From: Anaerolinea sp.
GTDB lineage: Bacteria > Chloroflexota > Anaerolineae > Anaerolineales > UBA4823
Assembly: GCA_020722415.1 (NCBI GenBank)
Contig: DYKV01000006.1
Location: 1-48,396 of the forward strand
Reading direction: 5' to 3'
DNA: 48,396 nt
Part shown: positions 27,611 to 37,726 of the stretch, one piece after another
Numbering within the stretch: the first letter of the stretch is position 1
Layout of the letters: every line of letters begins with the position of its first letter
Notes under the pieces: model-generated
What the model was told of the DNA's origin: nothing
Seen by the model: only the letters and a program-made list of their open reading frames with translations
Databases searched by the model: none
Program-made: the position numbers and the translations under genes

Positions 27611-29165
27611 TTTTCGCGTTCGTCAGAGAGATTATTTATTAGAAATCAGCCGGGCGATAACTCAAGAATTAGATCTTGATAATCTCCTGGCTCGTATTTT
27701 ACATGTGTCTATCGAGATGCTGGCTGGGCAAGCTGGTTTAATCGCCTTGCGAGATGATAGAGGAGCTTGGTCAGTCGCAGCTTCGATTGGTGTTGCTGCA
27801 CCCTTCCTTGGATATTTAGAAAAGTTATTAAGTCGTATTTCGGAGCATGATGACCCGAGTTTATTTGAACTAGAAGAGATTAATCAAGTTGTTCAGCAAC
27901 TCACCCGGATTGCCAGTTTTGGATTATTAACCGGAGTGGGGTTACCGCTAATCGTTCATCAAAAGATCATCGGGGTTATTTTTATTTTTCGAAATTATGC
28001 TGGCGTTTTTTCATCTAATGATCGGGCTCTATTACAGAGTTTTGCGGATCAAGCAGCGATTGCGGTATTTAATGCTCGTTTATATACGCAAATCAATCGA
28101 GAACGACAACGGCTAAATGCCATTCTCGACTCTGCAGCCGATGGCATATTGATTATCTCAGCCGATCATCGCATTGAAAGAGTAAATCCCGCATTTGTAC
28201 GGATGGTTGGCATTCCCGCTGAAGCCTTACGCGGACACCGTCACGAGGATGTCATTGTATTAACCTCCCAAAAAGAAGGTATGACTTTAGAGGTAGCAGA
28301 GAGGGATGGGTGGCCCTTGACTCCAAACACGACCTTATATGTTGAGGGAGATTTAAAGCGGCTAAACGGTGTGCCTTTGCCGGTTGGGATCACCTATGCA
28401 CCGCTAATGAATCCAGATGGTGTTTTGGTTAGTATTATTGCAACCGTGCGCGATATCACCAGATTTCGTGAGGCTGATGAGTTAAAAACTACCTTTATTT
28501 CGGTCATCAGTCATGAATTAAAAACACCGGTGGCTTTAATTAAAGGCTATGTCTCTACACTCCGCCGTGATGACGCGAATTGGGATCCATCGGTTATCCA
28601 AGATAGTCTAACTGTGATTGAAGAAGAGGCAGATCATTTGACCGAGCTTATCGAAAATTTATTGGATGCTTCCCGCTTACAAGCTGGGGTATTGTCTATG
28701 AATTTATCTGATTTAGCTTTAGGTCCTTTAATTGAACGAATAGCTCAGAAATTCCAGACTCAGACAACTCAACATGTAATTGTTGTGGATCTGCCGCCTA
28801 ATTTTCCAGTGATTATGGCTGATGAAAATCGAATTTCTCAAGTTTTATCCAATCTTATATCGAATGCGATAAAATATTCACCTGAAGGCGGCCCGATTCG
28901 GATTAGTGGCCAAGTTCGGCCGGAGCAAGTCATTGTCTGTGTTTCAGATGAAGGCAGTGGTATTCCACCTGAAGATATCCCATTTGTCTTTGATCGATTT
29001 TATCGCGCTGAAAACATTAAAAGGACCACTAAAGGCGCCGGTTTAGGACTGTACCTTGCCAGGGCTGTTGTAGAGGCGCACGGCGGTAATATTTGGGTTG
29101 ATCCTAAAACAGGTAAAGGTACCAAAATTTGTTTCTCGTTGCCGAAAGAAACAAAACAAAAATAA
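27600..29165 (+). CDS. Sensor histidine kinase (GAF-PAS-HisKA-HATPase_c), cytoplasmic
   Basis: It has the H-box ISVISHELKTPV, an N-box (LSNLISNAIKYS), and G-boxes (DEGSGIP, GAGLGLYLA). The TTG start overlaps the aminotransferase end by 11 nt. No adjacent response regulator. Confidence 0.85.
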   Translation: MLPDFRVRQRDYLLEISRAITQELDLDNLLARILHVSIEMLAGQAGLIALRDDRGAWSVAASIGVAAPFLGYLEKLLSRISEHDDPSLFELEEINQVVQQLTRIASFGLLTGVGLPLIVHQKIIGVIFIFRNYAGVFSSNDRALLQSFADQAAIAVFNARLYTQINRERQRLNAILDSAADGILIISADHRIERVNPAFVRMVGIPAEALRGHRHEDVIVLTSQKEGMTLEVAERDGWPLTPNTTLYVEGDLKRLNGVPLPVGITYAPLMNPDGVLVSIIATVRDITRFREADELKTTFISVISHELKTPVALIKGYVSTLRRDDANWDPSVIQDSLTVIEEEADHLTELIENLLDASRLQAGVLSMNLSDLALGPLIERIAQKFQTQTTQHVIVVDLPPNFPVIMADENRISQVLSNLISNAIKYSPEGGPIRISGQVRPEQVIVCVSDEGSGIPPEDIPFVFDRFYRAENIKRTTKGAGLGLYLARAVVEAHGGNIWVDPKTGKGTKICFSLPKETKQK

Positions 29166-29186
29166 ATCAATACTGATGGAGATAGT

Positions 29187-30551
29187 ATGACAAAAACAAT
29201 TGTAAATTGTCCAAATTGTAAACGGCCAATCCAGGCTGACTTAGATCAAGTGTTCGACACAAATACCAATCCAAGTGCAAAACAAAAATTGTTATCTGGT
29301 GCATTTAATATCGTTCAATGTCCGAATTGCGGATATCGCGGAGCAATTGCAACTCCGATTGTGTATCACGACCCTGATAAGGAATTATTATTGACATTTG
29401 TCCCCCCTGAAATGGGATTACCGCCAAATGAGCAAGAACGGGTGATCGGTGGATTGATCAACCAGGTAATGGCGCAATTGCCTCCCGAAAAAAGAAAGGC
29501 GTATTTGTTAACGCCAAAACAATCGCTTACTTTACAAGGATTGGTTGACCAAGTACTAGAAGCAGATGGGATTACGAAAGAGATGATCCAAGCTGGTCAA
29601 CAAAGACTCTCTTTAATCCAACGATTGTTAATGGCTTCATCAGATGAGGTCAGAAAAGAGATTATCCTCCAAGAAGATGCACAAATTGATGAGGAATTTT
29701 TTGGATTATTAGAGCGATTAGCCGAAGCAGCGATGGCGAGTGACGATAAAACTTCTACCCAGCAACTGGCAAATTTACAGAAGCTGTTACTAGAAAATTC
29801 TAGTTTTGGCAAACAATTGAATGCTCAAATTAAAGAAGTCGATGCTGCGGTGAATTCATTAAAGGCAGTTGGAAAAGGACTTACTCGGGAAAAATTGTTG
29901 GACATCGTTGTAGAGGCACCGAATGAAGAGCGGGTGAAAGCTCTGGTAAGTTTAGCCCGTCCGGGGATGGATTATATATTTTTCCAGTTATTAAGCGAGA
30001 AAATCGAGAAGGGGAAAGGGGAGAAGAAGGAAAAATTAGCGAGATTGCGCGAATTATTATTGAAATTTACTCAAGAATATGATCAGGAATTTAACGCTCG
30101 TTTGGAACAAGCTCGCCAACGGCTTGAGAAGATTCTTGCTGCTGATGATGTTGAAAAGGCTCTTGTAGAAACCAGCCCAGTTATTGATGATATCTTTCTA
30201 TCAGTATTAAGCTCCGCGCTTGAGGACGCAAAAAAGAATAACCAAAACTCACGCCTGGAAAAATTAACAAAAATCGTCACGATGATTCAACAAGCAAGTG
30301 CTCCACCTCCCGAAATGGAATTTATTGAAAAATTACTGATGGCAAAGGATGAAAAGGAGCAACGGAAAATCTTAGCAGAAAATAAAGCTCAGGTGACCCC
30401 TGAACTATTTAATACTTTAACCACTTTAGTAACCCAATTTCAAAGCCAGGATGGGCAGAATCAAGAAAATGCAGCCATCGCCCAACAATTATCAGATTTA
30501 TTCAAAGTCGTGCTGAGCTATTCGATGGAACAGAACTTGAATGCTCAGTAA
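29187..30551 (+). CDS. CpXC-domain protein (N-terminal zinc ribbon plus a long helical region)
   Basis: Two CPNC motifs (CPNCKRP ... CPNCGYRG) are followed by about 350 aa of predicted helical, charged sequence. The RBS is GGAG, 7 nt upstream. Confidence 0.6.
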   Translation: MTKTIVNCPNCKRPIQADLDQVFDTNTNPSAKQKLLSGAFNIVQCPNCGYRGAIATPIVYHDPDKELLLTFVPPEMGLPPNEQERVIGGLINQVMAQLPPEKRKAYLLTPKQSLTLQGLVDQVLEADGITKEMIQAGQQRLSLIQRLLMASSDEVRKEIILQEDAQIDEEFFGLLERLAEAAMASDDKTSTQQLANLQKLLLENSSFGKQLNAQIKEVDAAVNSLKAVGKGLTREKLLDIVVEAPNEERVKALVSLARPGMDYIFFQLLSEKIEKGKGEKKEKLARLRELLLKFTQEYDQEFNARLEQARQRLEKILAADDVEKALVETSPVIDDIFLSVLSSALEDAKKNNQNSRLEKLTKIVTMIQQASAPPPEMEFIEKLLMAKDEKEQRKILAENKAQVTPELFNTLTTLVTQFQSQDGQNQENAAIAQQLSDLFKVVLSYSMEQNLNAQ

Positions 30552-31213
30552 AGTGACGAGTTATTTAAACGTAAACCATGTCCTCGGATAGTTTGGATAT
30601 ATTCATGCTGAGGATCAAACTCTGCGATGCGCTCCCTCAATCGTCGAATGAGCGCATCCAGGGCTTGTTCTGAGACAAGCAGCGCTTCTTTTCCTCCCCA
30701 AATTGCTTCAATCAATTCACTACGGGACACTAATCTATCAGAGTTGTCATATAGCTTCTCTAGCAAACGGTATTGTGGAGCTGAAAGGGGAGGGAGGACT
30801 TCTTTTTCTCTGATCCAGACCCGGCGCGAACGCTTATCTAATCTCAATGATGGATTTGCAGTCGGGACAAGCTCACTTGGTTGCTCCAATGGGAGTGTCG
30901 CGTCTGAGCTTATGTAATAAAAGCTCTGAGCTAACGCTATCTGAATAATATCCCCATCTTGGAGAAATACCGGTTCGAGGATTTTAATTCCGTTATGATG
31001 GGTGCCATTTTTACTGGCTAAATCTTCTAATATTGTTCCCTCTCTTGTATTGGTCACTCGGGCATGGTGTCGAGAGACCTGGCGTTCTGGGATGACTATA
31101 TCGCAATCATCGCCACGCCCGATGATGATTTGAGAGAGAATGGACCAGCGTTGTCCATTCAAAGGGCCGCTTTGAGCGACCAGAATTGGAACATCATTAC
31201 TCTTTTTATTCAT
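30545..31213 (-). CDS. FHA-domain transcriptional regulator with a C-terminal OmpR/PhoB-type winged helix
   Basis: FHA signature: IIIGRGDDCDIVIPERQVSRHHARV...LEDLASKNGTHHNG. C-terminal Trans_reg_C-like region: LSAPQYRLLEKLY...LVSRSELIEAIWG...IRRLRERI...IQTIRGHGLRL. I prefer the ATG at 31213. The track start (31243) would contain a TATAAT box at 31234-31229. Confidence 0.75.
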   Translation of the reverse strand: MNKKSNDVPILVAQSGPLNGQRWSILSQIIIGRGDDCDIVIPERQVSRHHARVTNTREGTILEDLASKNGTHHNGIKILEPVFLQDGDIIQIALAQSFYYISSDATLPLEQPSELVPTANPSLRLDKRSRRVWIREKEVLPPLSAPQYRLLEKLYDNSDRLVSRSELIEAIWGGKEALLVSEQALDALIRRLRERIAEFDPQHEYIQTIRGHGLRLNNSSLY

Positions 31214-31340
31214 AAGCGCAAATCTGCGATTATAATAACACAAAATAAAAATGAGTAGTCTCTTATCCGATTAATTCGGATGAAATAATAATCTGCAAAA
31301 CTATCACGCCGGATTAGTTTTGTCCAGAAAGGGTATCTCA

Positions 31341-32330
31341 ATGCCTACGCCATTGAAGGCAGGAGAAGTTTTAAGGAATCGCTATAAAATCCGCCGTATC
31401 ATTGGCCAAGGAGGGATGGGGAGTATTTACTTGGCTGATGACTTGCGTTTAGAGGGGCGATTGTGTGCGTTGAAAGAAGTTGAGCACGATCGCACTCTCA
31501 CTGCGGATTTATTGAAAGAAGCTCGCGAGCAATTTTTCCGGGAGGCAACCATCCTGGCTCGGCTGGATCATCCTAATTTGCCAAAAGTTTCTGATTATTT
31601 CTCAATCGGTGGAAGAGATTATCTCGTGATGGATTTTGTGCCCGGGAAAGATTTGCGGATGTTAATGGTAGAGGCGAAGAAAAAAGGCAACTTTCTCAGT
31701 GAGATAGAAGTACTTGGTTGGGCGAATCAATTGGCAGATGCTTTATCCTATCTTCATAGCCAGAATCCACCGATTGTTCATCGAGATATAAAACCTTCTA
31801 ATCTAAAATACACGCCCGGCGGGGTTTTAAAGTTGGTAGATTTTGGATTGGTTAAAGTTCTGGTTAGTGATGAAATGACTGTCACGATTGTGCAAGGTAA
31901 AGGCACTGCGGTCTATACACCGTTAGAGCAATACGGTGGAGATATCGGTCATACCGACACGCGTAGTGATATATATGCATTTGGGGCAACACTTTATCAT
32001 CTTTTAACCAACACCCCGCCGATTGAAGCGCACGAACGTTTTCTTCATCCGGATGCGTTGATTCCGCCGCGCCAAATTAACCCGAATATTAGCGTTCGCA
32101 CTGAAAAAGCTATTCTATGGGCAATGAGCCTTCACCCTGAAGAGCGTCCGGCCGATGTTGAATCTTTTCGCAAAGCATTATTAGGTGAATTCTCTCCCAT
32201 GGCACCGCAAAAAATCAGCATACCTGCCCCAACTTTTTTTGATTTGATCAGTTCACCGGTTGAAATGACTTTGGCGATCGTTTCTATCGGTTTGGTTTTG
32301 TTGAGTTTTGTATTAACATTTATCCATTAA
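31341..32330 (+). CDS. Hanks-type Ser/Thr protein kinase with a C-terminal TM tail anchor
   Basis: It has a Gly loop ([10 protein letters not shown]), VAIK-like [15 protein letters not shown] and DFG, plus a single C-terminal hydrophobic helix at the very end. The ATG at 31341 is preceded by AAGGG. The alternative TTG is at 31320. Confidence 0.85.
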   Translation: MPTPLKAGEVLRNRYKIRRIIGQGGMGSIYLADDLRLEGRLCALKEVEHDRTLTADLLKEAREQFFREATILARLDHPNLPKVSDYFSIGGRDYLVMDFVPGKDLRMLMVEAKKKGNFLSEIEVLGWANQLADALSYLHSQNPPIVHRDIKPSNLKYTPGGVLKLVDFGLVKVLVSDEMTVTIVQGKGTAVYTPLEQYGGDIGHTDTRSDIYAFGATLYHLLTNTPPIEAHERFLHPDALIPPRQINPNISVRTEKAILWAMSLHPEERPADVESFRKALLGEFSPMAPQKISIPAPTFFDLISSPVEMTLAIVSIGLVLLSFVLTFIH

Positions 32331-35125
32331 GGGTGGAACTGTTGCCGGTTTCTGATCGTGCGAATCGCCCAGACTAAACTTACGCCAAGCACTGCCCCTA
32401 GTAAAGTAAATACAATCACACCAAATGTCCCTAGGTTTTTAAGTAATAGCAAACTACCCGGCAATTGTAAGGCAAGGTAGGAGTAGGCGATTAATCCACC
32501 AATAATACTACTCAGCCCGCTTTGCACTCCAGCGCGAATCTGACCGAGGAAGAGGGCAATTTGATAACTTGCATAACCAATAATTGCGGAAATGATCAAT
32601 GCAGTTAACCAATCAATAATATTAGGATGGAGCACTCTTGGTGAGGCTGCCTTTACCTCTGCTGTAATTTCCGCCGTGGGTGAAGGAGGTGGTATTTCAG
32701 TAGGGGTTGCTGCCTCGGTTGGGGTGATGATCGTGATTAGTTGGACTTCTTCTTTCGGTATCTCTAAACGAATAATGTCAGACTGTTTGGCTGGTTCGCT
32801 TTCGGCGCGGATTTCCCAAATGCCCGAACTAGTAATCTTAATTAACGCACGGGCTATTCCATCTTTGGTTGTAATTGGCTGGGGTAGACTCACTAATTCC
32901 CCTGAGGCATTGATGATGAATTGAACTGGAGTGCCATCGGGAACAATATGTCCATTGTGATCCAATATTTGACCCGTGCGGACGGGTAATAGGTCGCCAA
33001 CTTTAAACACCGGGGTTGGTTGGGGTTGAGGCGTGGTGGTTTGCGTGGATGAAGGTGATTCATTTACGCTCGTATCAATGGCTAAGGTGATCGTCTGGGC
33101 TGGGTCTGGAGAAGTTGCGGTAATTAAATCATATCCAATCCCTGGTACAGAAACTGGCAGAGCACCTTGGGGGATTATTTCATGGAATAATAACCGAGCA
33201 GCGGTTTCGATAAATACATCGGAATCGCTATAAAGTGCGTAATAGGCGCTTAATTTGGAAATATCGGTTGCATCAAGATAATAAGGAGCACCAAACGCAA
33301 ACACGATCAATTTTTTTTGCTGAAAGAGATCTGGGCGTTCGGCTAAGAATCGTTGGATGGCTTGAGAATTGGGGTTATCTTTGCTTATATTTAGCATAGC
33401 AAAGATAATCCAGGTTGCGCTTTTTATCGAACTCTCAATTGGAGGTGCGGTGGGATTCTTGTTAAGGAGTAGAAGCAAATCTTCAAAAGAGTATGATTTT
33501 ATGTTCGATGGCCAGATCTGGCCACTACCTTGAGAACCATACAATCGTTTTATGGTTTCGGCTAATGCATCTACACCAATAATAGGTTGAGGTGGACATT
33601 GACTACATTGTTGCGCCAGGCGGACATCGGTAAAAATAACTAAATGGTCTGATAAACGGGGCGGATTAGGCAGTTCGCTGGCAAGCTCTTCGGGTCTTGG
33701 GCTAATCAACGTGGCAGCCTGTCTAGCCACATCGAGAGTAACCTGTTGAGAAGTACCTATCTCAGAGAGTTTAGTAGCAGGAGGCTGTACCATACCGAGA
33801 GTAAACTCTGGATAAAGGCGATATTTTAACGTTAGAATCCTCAAAACCGATTGATCGACTCGTTGCGCAAAAGCGGGATCCTCCTGATACTTTTGACGGA
33901 AAAAATCGACAATCCGGCTAATGGTAGTATATGAGTCGGGATCATCGTCAGATGTGATATTGCCCAAGTACAGGATGTCATTGCCAGCTAAAAATGCATT
34001 CAAGGTAACCAAACGGCCGTCGAATTTTTGATTGTTCAATTGGTAGAATTTCTTTACGGAGGGGCTGCCTAAATTATCGCAAATGACTATGCCCCCGTTT
34101 TCCCTCCAGCTTGCTAGGGCCGGTAAGCTCATCAGTATATTGAAGGCTTCCGGATCTAAACTGATTGGCCGCGTGGTTGTCCGGATATTCTCTTGGAAGC
34201 CTTGATAACGGATGTGGGCAGCCAGCAATGCATCTGCCCGGCTTTCAGCCGAGGTTGAGTTGCCCGTCACAGCAAAGAAGGGCATTAAATCAAAATTTTT
34301 CAGTTGTTCCAAAGATTTTCTAACCGTTGCCACTTCAAATTCCGGCGGGCGGTCCGAACCACCATTACCAGGAAAATTTTTCGGTACAACTGCCATTTTC
34401 CCTTGACTGCCTTCATGAACTCCTTGAATAAAAGCACTGCCCAATGTGCTTACCCAGAATGGATCACCGCCGAAGGAACGGGTGCCCAAGTCAATGGAAC
34501 CTTCTGGACGAGGTGTTTCTAAAACATCCAAGGCTGGCCCAAGCAATAAATTAAATCCGATGTCGGTTAATTCTTTTCCTACTATAGACCCAACTTGTTG
34601 GGAAAGCTGCGGTGACCAGGTCGCGCCAAGCGCCATTGCATCTGGAAAGGGGGTTAAGCCACTTAATATTTGGTCATTTGGGGAGCCGCCACCTTCCTGA
34701 GAAATGCCGATAAACAAGGGAATGAAATTAATTGGAGGGGTTGGTGTGGTTATTGTTTCGGTGAGCGCAGTTTGTGATTGTATCCATCCGATATTTTGCA
34801 AATTATTCGTCAACGCTAATGTATTTTCAAGTATTTTGTCTGGTTGGTCGAAATTATCATTTGCAGCAGATAAAATCACTCCGCCAATATGATAGTTGGT
34901 TATCAAGTTGTAGATTGGCGTAGTGGAATCGACATTGGTTCCCTTGAAAGAAACTAAAAATAATTGTCCAACTTTTTCGGCGGGTGATAGAGAATTGAGT
35001 AGATTATGGGCTTTATCTGCTGGATCCTGCCCTAGCCGTTGAAGATTTGCTCGAACGGGTATTATGTTAGACAATAGCCCGAAAATAAGGAATAATAGAA
35101 AAAGCAGCCGGTTGATTCTGATCAT
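32327..35125 (-). CDS. Glycoside hydrolase family 3-like exported protein with a C-terminal multi-helix membrane anchor
   Basis: 932-aa ORF with an N-terminal signal/anchor and a GH3 N-domain-like region (KNFPGNG in place of KHFPGHG; [11 protein letters not shown] at the nucleophile position). Pro/Thr-rich linkers follow, then about 3 C-terminal TM helices. Confidence 0.7.
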   Translation of the reverse strand: MIRINRLLFLLFLIFGLLSNIIPVRANLQRLGQDPADKAHNLLNSLSPAEKVGQLFLVSFKGTNVDSTTPIYNLITNYHIGGVILSAANDNFDQPDKILENTLALTNNLQNIGWIQSQTALTETITTPTPPINFIPLFIGISQEGGGSPNDQILSGLTPFPDAMALGATWSPQLSQQVGSIVGKELTDIGFNLLLGPALDVLETPRPEGSIDLGTRSFGGDPFWVSTLGSAFIQGVHEGSQGKMAVVPKNFPGNGGSDRPPEFEVATVRKSLEQLKNFDLMPFFAVTGNSTSAESRADALLAAHIRYQGFQENIRTTTRPISLDPEAFNILMSLPALASWRENGGIVICDNLGSPSVKKFYQLNNQKFDGRLVTLNAFLAGNDILYLGNITSDDDPDSYTTISRIVDFFRQKYQEDPAFAQRVDQSVLRILTLKYRLYPEFTLGMVQPPATKLSEIGTSQQVTLDVARQAATLISPRPEELASELPNPPRLSDHLVIFTDVRLAQQCSQCPPQPIIGVDALAETIKRLYGSQGSGQIWPSNIKSYSFEDLLLLLNKNPTAPPIESSIKSATWIIFAMLNISKDNPNSQAIQRFLAERPDLFQQKKLIVFAFGAPYYLDATDISKLSAYYALYSDSDVFIETAARLLFHEIIPQGALPVSVPGIGYDLITATSPDPAQTITLAIDTSVNESPSSTQTTTPQPQPTPVFKVGDLLPVRTGQILDHNGHIVPDGTPVQFIINASGELVSLPQPITTKDGIARALIKITSSGIWEIRAESEPAKQSDIIRLEIPKEEVQLITIITPTEAATPTEIPPPSPTAEITAEVKAASPRVLHPNIIDWLTALIISAIIGYASYQIALFLGQIRAGVQSGLSSIIGGLIAYSYLALQLPGSLLLLKNLGTFGVIVFTLLGAVLGVSLVWAIRTIRNRQQFHP

Positions 35126-35952
35126 TCCAATAATTTTTCCCTCTCGAGAATTTCTTCTAACAAATGTTTGCGTTCAGACCCGCTGAGTAATTCCAGTTTT
35201 CGGATGCCCAATGGATCAATCTGATTGCGGAGAATATCTATTTCTGTTGAGGTTGGCAAAGGCGTTTCTTGGAGTTCTGGGGAGATGGCTAATGGAAATC
35301 CAGTATGTTTTTGAATATCGTGGATATCCACTCCAGGATGATAGCTGATTAATCGCATTCTTCCATCATGAAAGTCAAATTCACCCAGGTTAGAAATAAG
35401 CGCCCTCGTGCCTTGCCCAACGCTCCGTTTCGGAGAATGTCCCATGCCGGAACAAACATCTAGCTTTTCCACAAATGTTATTTTCGAATGGTGGGGAACA
35501 TAGAGATAAATGTCATTTATAAAGGTGGTAACATCCGGTATACCGCCCGTGCCAGGAAGGCGTAAACGAGCTTTATGCTTGCTATCCTCCAAATAATGGT
35601 TTCCAATAGCGATGTTATTGAAATTGCCAAACGGATCCACCTGAGCTGGTCGGAAAAATTCCTTAGGCTTAAGGGAAGGCAATATATCTGCCGCTGCTCG
35701 AACAAATCCGACATTGGTTAATGAACGGTCTAGCCACAGTCTTTCAATGTTGGTGATGCTCATCGGCGCTGGTTTCCGACAAATTCCCTGACCGATTGCA
35801 GAGGTAAAGTATAGATGAGGAGCATGGGTTTCTCGGGCAAGTAAGTAAGCAGCAGTTACTAATGGGGTTGCCAGTCCTTGAGCAACTATCTCTCCATCTA
35901 CAATGTGTCGTGCCATACACACAACCATGATCTCATCTGCTGTGATGTCCAT
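35122..35952 (-). CDS. CoA-transferase family I, subunit B-like (glutaconate CoA-transferase beta type)
   Basis: I prefer the start at the ATG at 35952 (MDITADEIMVVCMARHI...). It overlaps the upstream stop as TAATG. The track's 327-aa version would overlap the upstream gene by 154 nt. Confidence 0.6.
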   Translation of the reverse strand: MDITADEIMVVCMARHIVDGEIVAQGLATPLVTAAYLLARETHAPHLYFTSAIGQGICRKPAPMSITNIERLWLDRSLTNVGFVRAAADILPSLKPKEFFRPAQVDPFGNFNNIAIGNHYLEDSKHKARLRLPGTGGIPDVTTFINDIYLYVPHHSKITFVEKLDVCSGMGHSPKRSVGQGTRALISNLGEFDFHDGRMRLISYHPGVDIHDIQKHTGFPLAISPELQETPLPTSTEIDILRNQIDPLGIRKLELLSGSERKHLLEEILEREKLLE

Positions 35953-36908
35953 TAATTTTCCTCTAAAATTTGTTGATATACTGAAGCTTGGATGTTTCCG
36001 CCGCTCATCACCAAAAGAAGAGGGCGTTTGGTTATCCGATTTGAGAGAACCGCCGCCAGGGTTAAGGCAGCAGAACCCTCGATAACCTGTTGATACCTTT
36101 GCCAAGCATAACGGATTGCAGTTTTGATCTCATCCTCAGTGACGAGGATAAAATCATCAACCAATTGTTTGACGATAGGGATAGTAATAGAAGAAGGTTC
36201 AACTTCTCCGCTTGCCCCATCAGCAAGGGTAGGCAGTTCGGTTATATTGTCTTGATGGTTATATTTAAAAAGGTGATACATGAATGGGGAAGCTTCGGGT
36301 TGAATTCCAATCAATAATGGGGCAGGATTGCTGTCCCTACCAAGCTTGGCTTTGATAGCTGTACCGATACCGGAGATTAATCCACCCCCTCCCACTGGAA
36401 CGACCCATGCGGCGATCTTATTCTCTTTTAGTTGTTCTATTGCCTCCATCGCAATTGTTGCTTGACCAGCGATAACTTGTCCATCATTATAAGGGGAGAT
36501 GTAAATTGCCTGGTTTTGTTGGGCATAATCTATCGCGCTTCGTTCTGTGTCTCCATAAGAGCCAGGGATAAAATGGATTATCCCGCCATAGTCTTGAATA
36601 TGGTTGATTTTTATTTGCGGTGTGCTTTGGGGAACAAATATGTGAACAGGGTCTTTTGTGATGGAGCAGGCATAAGCTAAGCCCGCACCATGATTCCCTG
36701 CTGAAGCGGTGATTAACCCTTTCTGCCTTTCCCAACTCTGTAAGGAAAGGATTTTATTGACCGCGCCGCGTGCCTTAAATGACCCGGTAATTTGAAGGTT
36801 TTCCCACTTGAAATAAACATCCAACCCCGCATCAAATGTAATTGGGGTCTGTCGAACATAAGGATTAATCCTCTGCCTAGCTTCAAATAACCATTCGGTT
36901 GGGATCAT
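35952..36908 (-). CDS. PLP-dependent threonine/serine dehydratase family enzyme (fold type II)
   Basis: 318-aa ORF with the PLP-lysine motif TGSFKARGAVNK and the glycine-rich loop VPVGGGGLISG. Confidence 0.8.
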   Translation of the reverse strand: MIPTEWLFEARQRINPYVRQTPITFDAGLDVYFKWENLQITGSFKARGAVNKILSLQSWERQKGLITASAGNHGAGLAYACSITKDPVHIFVPQSTPQIKINHIQDYGGIIHFIPGSYGDTERSAIDYAQQNQAIYISPYNDGQVIAGQATIAMEAIEQLKENKIAAWVVPVGGGGLISGIGTAIKAKLGRDSNPAPLLIGIQPEASPFMYHLFKYNHQDNITELPTLADGASGEVEPSSITIPIVKQLVDDFILVTEDEIKTAIRYAWQRYQQVIEGSAALTLAAVLSNRITKRPLLLVMSGGNIQASVYQQILEEN

Positions 36909-36934
36909 CTTTCCAAGCCTTCGCGATGTAATAA

Positions 36935-37696
36935 TTATTGATTCGGATGAAGAATTTGTTGGGCGAGGATTGGGTCATCTGTGAATAAACCATCCACTTG
37001 CATTTGCTGCAATGAGCGCATTGTCTCCGCTTGATTTACGGTATAGACGTTTACGAGCCTTTTTTTCTGATGATGATATCTGACCAAGTCTAAACTCACA
37101 TCGCCATAATATGGATGAAATGCTTGATAATTCAGCCATTCAAATAATCTTGATCGAGCCAGTCTTCCTGGTTTCCCAGCCTCGGCTAAAAATCCAATTG
37201 GTATTTCAGGCAGAAGGTGCTTGATTTTCCATAGAGCAATTGGATTGAAGGAAGAGAAAAAAACCCATTGCTGTAATTTATTTTTCTTGACCAATTCAGC
37301 AACTTTGTTGGGCAAATTATCAAAGATGGATGTATAGTTTGTGATCTCGATATTGATGAATATTTTTTTACCAACCAGGTCGAATACTTCTTGTAAAGTT
37401 GGTATTTTTTCACCGGTGAAAGCAGGATCAAAATGACTGCCCGCATCAAGCTTCTTAATTTGGGATAAGGTCATTTTTTTGATTGTCCCATTGACTCCAC
37501 AAGTTCGACGGGTGGTCGGATCATGAATTACAACAACCTCTCCATCGGAAGTCAGTTTTACATCAAGTTCCAGTGCTGGTACGCCTTGTTTTACTGCAAG
37601 GGCGAATGCCGCTAAGGTATTTTCGGGAGCGTAGGCGCTGGAGCCACGATGGGCGAAAATTATTGGTTTGGGTAATTCGAAAAGTAAATGTTGCAT
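36935..37696 (-). CDS. Glycerophosphodiester phosphodiesterase (GDPD family)
   Basis: Carries the IFAHRGSSAYAPENT and ELDVKLTSDGEVVVIHD motifs. I prefer the ATG at 37696. The track's TTG is at 37711. Confidence 0.8.
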   Translation of the reverse strand: MQHLLFELPKPIIFAHRGSSAYAPENTLAAFALAVKQGVPALELDVKLTSDGEVVVIHDPTTRRTCGVNGTIKKMTLSQIKKLDAGSHFDPAFTGEKIPTLQEVFDLVGKKIFINIEITNYTSIFDNLPNKVAELVKKNKLQQWVFFSSFNPIALWKIKHLLPEIPIGFLAEAGKPGRLARSRLFEWLNYQAFHPYYGDVSLDLVRYHHQKKRLVNVYTVNQAETMRSLQQMQVDGLFTDDPILAQQILHPNQ

Positions 37697-37726
37697 AGAA
37701 AGTTTATCCAAAATAGCATCGAAGAT

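Noticed and set aside
35953-36105. The 51-codon N-terminal extension of the CoA-transferase beta ORF, which overlaps the dehydratase gene by 154 nt.
   Set aside because: The internal ATG at 35952 gives a TAATG stop/start overlap and a normal subunit length. The extension (MAKVSTGYRGFCCLNPGGG...) looks like out-of-frame read-through of the upstream gene.
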